A DNA stretch of 60,329 nucleotides, counting the filler. It is 7 parts of 7 records of this genome, joined end to end, with 100 filler letters (N's around TTAATTAATTAA, not from the genome) between each part and the next. Parts side by side here need not be neighbours in the genome. Positions count along the whole stretch, not along the records: positions 51,654 to 60,329 come from SRR31156797_10352; 6 more parts are not named here. One strand, written 5' to 3'. A program made the translations under genes and the position numbers. Below are positions 56,557 through 60,329 of the stretch, piece after piece. Under the pieces are notes generated by a model. That model saw only the letters and a list, made by a program, of their open reading frames with translations. It did no database searches and had not been told where the DNA came from. How positions within the stretch are numbered: position 1 is the stretch's first letter; each line of letters starts with the position of its first letter.

Positions 56557-58293
56557 ATGAAAATTGGTGTAAGAGAGAAGATCTTGTTGGTGTTAGGAAT
56601 GTTCATATCCTTAATTATGATAAACATTTTTGCTGTTTTTTATACTTTAAAACTACAAAAATTTGATGCTTTATTGGTTAATGTTGCCGGAAGACAGAGA
56701 ATGTTAAGCCAAAAAATAGCTAAAAATAGTTTTTTATTACTAACAAACAATGCAGATATTAATGAACAGCAAGTAATAACTGAACTAGGAGAAAGTATGA
56801 AATTATATGACATAACACTTAATAGTTTTCTTGAAGGAGGAGAAATAGTTGGTCCGTCAGGAAATAATGAAGTTATTCCTGCGCTCACAAAACAGAGGAC
56901 AAAAGTTGAAGAAAGTATGAAATTATGGAATGATTTTAAAACTAATTTAATTGGGTTAATTGAAAGTGAAAGTAAAGAAGCAGAAAAATTTATTTATTCT
57001 AAAAATAATGAATTGTTAAAATTATCAAACATGATAGTTATAGAACTTCAAAATTCAGCAGAAAAAAAGATAAATACATTAAAGAGTGTGCAAATATTAC
57101 TATTAATTATTTCATTAGTTATTTTTGTGATAATGATTTTTATTTTGAATAAGACAATCATAAAACCTCTAAAGATGCTTGCGGAAAAATTTAAAATTGG
57201 AGCATCAGGAAATCTAAAAATAAAATCAGAAATAAATTCTAATGATGAAATCGGAGTAATTGGAAAAGAGTTTGATAATCTAATAAATGTTTTGAATAAT
57301 ATGATTTGTAGAGTAAAGAAGTTATCTGAAGATGTTGTGAATGAGAATTTAGAGATTAGCTGGATGGTTGATAATGTAATAAATGGTAGTTCAAGTCAAT
57401 ACATAGGAAAGTTAGAGGAAAAAATCGAAAATGGTATGAGTGACTTGGAAGAAGGTATGGGCGAAATATCAGATAATGTGAGAGATCAAACAGCCAGTTC
57501 GGAGCAATCACTAGCTGCGATAGAGGAGATTAGTGCAACTCAAAATGATATTACGCATAAAATTGATGATGCTCTTTTGGTTTTAAAGGAAACGGTTGAT
57601 ATTTCCCATGAAGGATTTAGTAAAACCCAGGAAATGACTAAGCATATTGAAAGCATTAATGAAAGTGTCCAAAATACAGACTGTCAGATAGCTAATTTAG
57701 TTAATCTTTCGGGGAATATAGGAGGAATGGTAAATTCAATTAATAATATAGCTGAACAGACTAATCTTCTTGCCCTTAATGCCGCTATTGAAGCAGCTAG
57801 AGCCGGAGAAGCAGGTAAAGGTTTTGCTGTAGTTTCAGGTGAAATTAGGAAGTTAGCGGAGCAAACAAACGATGAAACTGCAAAAATAGAGAGTATTATT
57901 TCAACAATTCAAAATAATATAAGCGTTGTGAAAAATGCAAATGATCAAGTAAACTCTGATGTTGCAAATGGGATAAAGCTTATGACAGATGTTAAGGAAT
58001 TGATAAATAATATTATTAAGAATATAGAAATAAACGATCGGGATATATCGATCATTACAACATCAGTTAAAGAGGAAGTAAATGCTACCGGTGAGATAAT
58101 GATCGCAGCTCAGTCAGTTGCGGAAAACTCAGTAGAGATTGAAGAATTGACGATTAGAACGAATGAGATAAGTAAGGCAGTGTGTAAAATGCTTGAAAGT
58201 AAACTAGAAAAAATAAATAAACTCCTTTTGGCATCAAAAAAACTAGAAAAAGATATCAATTATTTCATTATTGATGATAGTTGTATTATTTAG
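56557..58293 (+). CDS. Methyl-accepting chemotaxis protein with PilJ/NarX-like sensor and HAMP
   Basis: TM1, '[17 protein letters not shown]', TM2, HAMP 'NDEIG', '[29 protein letters not shown]'. Confidence 0.93.
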   Translation: MKIGVREKILLVLGMFISLIMINIFAVFYTLKLQKFDALLVNVAGRQRMLSQKIAKNSFLLLTNNADINEQQVITELGESMKLYDITLNSFLEGGEIVGPSGNNEVIPALTKQRTKVEESMKLWNDFKTNLIGLIESESKEAEKFIYSKNNELLKLSNMIVIELQNSAEKKINTLKSVQILLLIISLVIFVIMIFILNKTIIKPLKMLAEKFKIGASGNLKIKSEINSNDEIGVIGKEFDNLINVLNNMICRVKKLSEDVVNENLEISWMVDNVINGSSSQYIGKLEEKIENGMSDLEEGMGEISDNVRDQTASSEQSLAAIEEISATQNDITHKIDDALLVLKETVDISHEGFSKTQEMTKHIESINESVQNTDCQIANLVNLSGNIGGMVNSINNIAEQTNLLALNAAIEAARAGEAGKGFAVVSGEIRKLAEQTNDETAKIESIISTIQNNISVVKNANDQVNSDVANGIKLMTDVKELINNIIKNIEINDRDISIITTSVKEEVNATGEIMIAAQSVAENSVEIEELTIRTNEISKAVCKMLESKLEKINKLLLASKKLEKDINYFIIDDSCII

Positions 58294-58511
58294 ATGAATT
58301 GATACAAATAAATGGTTTACTTATGAAAACGTCATTGAAATCTTAGTTTAGGGGCAAAAAACCAGCAGAAAAGCTGTTACACGTAATATTTTACACGATT
58401 ATTAACATACGATATGTTTACTTTTAACATGTTAGTGTGCTATAATTGAGTGTAATGCGATTTCGGTTTTTATAACCGAAGATACAACAAATTACTTTAA
58501 GGAGGCAGCAC

Positions 58512-59447
58512 ATGTTTTTTAGAAAAAAAAGAGATGAAGAAATGGTACAAGAAATTGTTGTAGAAAAAAATAACAATAATGAGAAACTAGAGACTTTACT
58601 TAAAGCGACTGACGAACTAAAAGCTAAATTAACGAAAGCAGTGCAAAAAAACTCATCATTAACTAAAAATTCTATGAACGAAGTTCAAAGAATAGCAGAT
58701 ATGATTATGGATTTCAACTCAGATTTTGATAGTGTTTTAGGAGAAGCTTCTTCACTTTCAGATGGAGATCAAGAGATAGATAACGATATTGCTAATATGA
58801 AAGAAGGAATTAAAACAATTGATGATGTTATGAGTCAAGTTGGAGGATTAATGTCTAATCTTGATAAGCAAGTTAATAGAGCATCGAACGTTTATCAGGA
58901 AGCAACAGGAACAATCGAAACTCTAAGTACTAATTCTGGAAAAATGAGAAGCCTGATTGATAAAATCAACGACATCTCTTCTCAAACAAATCTATTAGCA
59001 CTTAATGCCGCAATCGAAGCAGCTAGAGCTGGAGAAGCCGGTAAAGGATTCTCAATCGTTGCACAAGAAGTAAAAAACTTATCTCAAATGACACAAGATG
59101 CTGCTACAGAAATTGGAGAAGAACTTGCGAAATTTGGTACAGCTATTGATTTAGTAATGAATACTACAACAAGTGGAGCAAAAGAACTTGAAACAGCTAA
59201 AGGTTTAGCTGCTGAAACAAGTGAGAAAATTCAACACATGAGAGAGTCAAGTCCTTCAGAACCAGTTAATGCTTTCTTTGAAAAATTAGCTGCAAACAGA
59301 GGAACAGGAAACTTATTAGGAGCTCTTGGGGATATGAAAAACAGATTGGAAGATACTGTTGCAGATGTTGAGAATTTACAACAACATTTAAATGAAAAAG
59401 AAGATGTATTTAGTGAAGTATTAGATACAGCTAGAAGAATCAGATAA
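58512..59447 (+). CDS. Soluble methyl-accepting chemotaxis protein (no TM)
   Basis: '[33 protein letters not shown]'; no hydrophobic helix; RBS AAGGAGG. Confidence 0.9.
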   Translation: MFFRKKRDEEMVQEIVVEKNNNNEKLETLLKATDELKAKLTKAVQKNSSLTKNSMNEVQRIADMIMDFNSDFDSVLGEASSLSDGDQEIDNDIANMKEGIKTIDDVMSQVGGLMSNLDKQVNRASNVYQEATGTIETLSTNSGKMRSLIDKINDISSQTNLLALNAAIEAARAGEAGKGFSIVAQEVKNLSQMTQDAATEIGEELAKFGTAIDLVMNTTTSGAKELETAKGLAAETSEKIQHMRESSPSEPVNAFFEKLAANRGTGNLLGALGDMKNRLEDTVADVENLQQHLNEKEDVFSEVLDTARRIR

Positions 59448-59462
59448 TTGAAGTATTAATAT

Positions 59463-59495
59463 AAAAAAGAACAGGAGATTGCTCCTGTTCTTTTT
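59463..59495. terminator. Bidirectional terminator
   Basis: AAAAAAGAACAGGAG-ATTG-CTCCTGTTCTTTTT. Confidence 0.85.
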
Positions 59496-59508
59496 ATTTT
59501 GTTTTATA

Positions 59509-60279
59509 TTATTTGTTATATTTATAAAGTGAATATAAGCCGTCAACTGCTAAATTTTCCATATACTCGTCAATAGCATCGATCTCTTCTGTAATTATTT
59601 TTCCTAATCCTCCTGTACTTATTACATAAGGATTCTCTAAATGTTTAGAATAATTTTTTATTAATTCTTTAACCTGTCCGAGAGTACCGAAATATATACC
59701 GGCATTTATTTGTTCTGATGTAGTAAGACCAATTGCTGAGTCAGTCTTTTGGAATCGAACTCTTGGTAATTTTGATGTTCTGGTAAACAGGGCCTCAACT
59801 GACATATTGATACCAGGTAAGATGCAACCACCCAGATATTCTTTATTTTTAACTACTTCAAATGTAGTAGCTGTTCCAAAATCTATTATGATCATATCTT
59901 TGTCAGGGTAAGTGAATAGGGCTTCTGAGATATCGACTATTCTGTCTGCACCCATAGTGTAAGGAGCGTCTATATTATCAGCAAAAGTAAATGGCAGTTT
60001 TGATTTTGCTGTGATAATTAGAGGTTCACAGTTAAAGTATTTTCTTGATAACCAAACAAATGTTGTAGTTAATGTAGGAACAACAGATGAGATAACAACA
60101 CCTGTTACTGCGTTTAGTTTTATTTCGTTAAAATCTGAGATATTTTTTATGTATGAAAAAAACTGATCTTCTGTTAAGTTTGATTCACTTGCAGCACGAA
60201 AGCTAAGTAATCTTTCTCCCTCTTCGGAATAAAGTCCTGTTACAACGTGCGTATTACCAATATCAAATGCTAATATCAT
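59509..60279 (-). CDS. coaX: Type III pantothenate kinase
   Basis: 'DIGNTH', 'SSVVP', 'GADR', 'IDFGTATT', 'STGG'. Confidence 0.95.
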   Translation of the reverse strand: MILAFDIGNTHVVTGLYSEEGERLLSFRAASESNLTEDQFFSYIKNISDFNEIKLNAVTGVVISSVVPTLTTTFVWLSRKYFNCEPLIITAKSKLPFTFADNIDAPYTMGADRIVDISEALFTYPDKDMIIIDFGTATTFEVVKNKEYLGGCILPGINMSVEALFTRTSKLPRVRFQKTDSAIGLTTSEQINAGIYFGTLGQVKELIKNYSKHLENPYVISTGGLGKIITEEIDAIDEYMENLAVDGLYSLYKYNK

Positions 60280-60329
60280 GACGTCCTCCTATATATTTTT
60301 TAAAGTCAAATTGGTTCTTTTTGACTTTG

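Overview
This window is not one continuous replicon. It is seven contigs joined by identical 100-bp artificial linkers (44 N + TTAATTAATTAA + 44 N) at 8632-8731, 17397-17496, 30486-30585, 38013-38112, 43736-43835 and 51554-51653, most likely from an anoxic-habitat metagenome. Taxonomic hints below are inferred from protein style and base composition only. Contig 1 (1-8631, GC-rich, Desulfobacterota-like): tautomerase, GNAT, CBM9-like protein, a deletion-fused AraC/DUF3795 pair, a HigA relic, Fe-ADH, SDR, an unknown lipoprotein, Spo0M, an Stv-like His/Cys protein and a partial acyl-CoA dehydrogenase. Contig 2 (8732-17396, AT-rich, Fusobacteriota-like): Rep_3-like protein, sdaA, LacI, SDR pseudogene, MerR plus SnoaL lipoprotein, HD-GYP, a small Cys-rich ORF and a frameshifted MCP. 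Contig 3 (17497-30485, Desulfobacterota-like): ThiF/ThiS, REC-HD-GYP, PBP-A-like serine hydrolase, LysM, DUF2752, CoA-transferase III and a TetR-OMF-MFP-RND operon. Contig 4 (30586-38012, Methanosarcinaceae-like archaeon): MacB-type ABC system with a COG1361 protein, a decayed ATPase, a wHTH-REC regulator and a probable sensor kinase. Contig 5 (38113-43735): Rnf/Nqr hybrid operon with no adjacent NqrA/RnfC, plus DUF1016. Contig 6 (43836-51553): mtgA, CoA-disulfide reductase, HEAT + NTF2-like protein, MBL hydrolase, sirtuin and tyrS. Contig 7 (51654-60329, Fusobacteriota-like): RdhA-like corrinoid Fe-S protein, an MNT-HEPN + AAA_21 + DUF4276 candidate defence cluster, gene remnants, two MCPs and coaX. 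I found no rRNA, tRNA, CRISPR array or transposase. The best candidates for a poorly described system are the NqrA/RnfC-less Rnf-core + NqrF operon with two tightly linked accessory genes, the AAA_21-DUF4276(-MNT-HEPN) cluster, the soluble RdhA-like protein and the Stv-like protein with caspase-like motifs. All family calls come from motif recognition by eye; no database searches were run.
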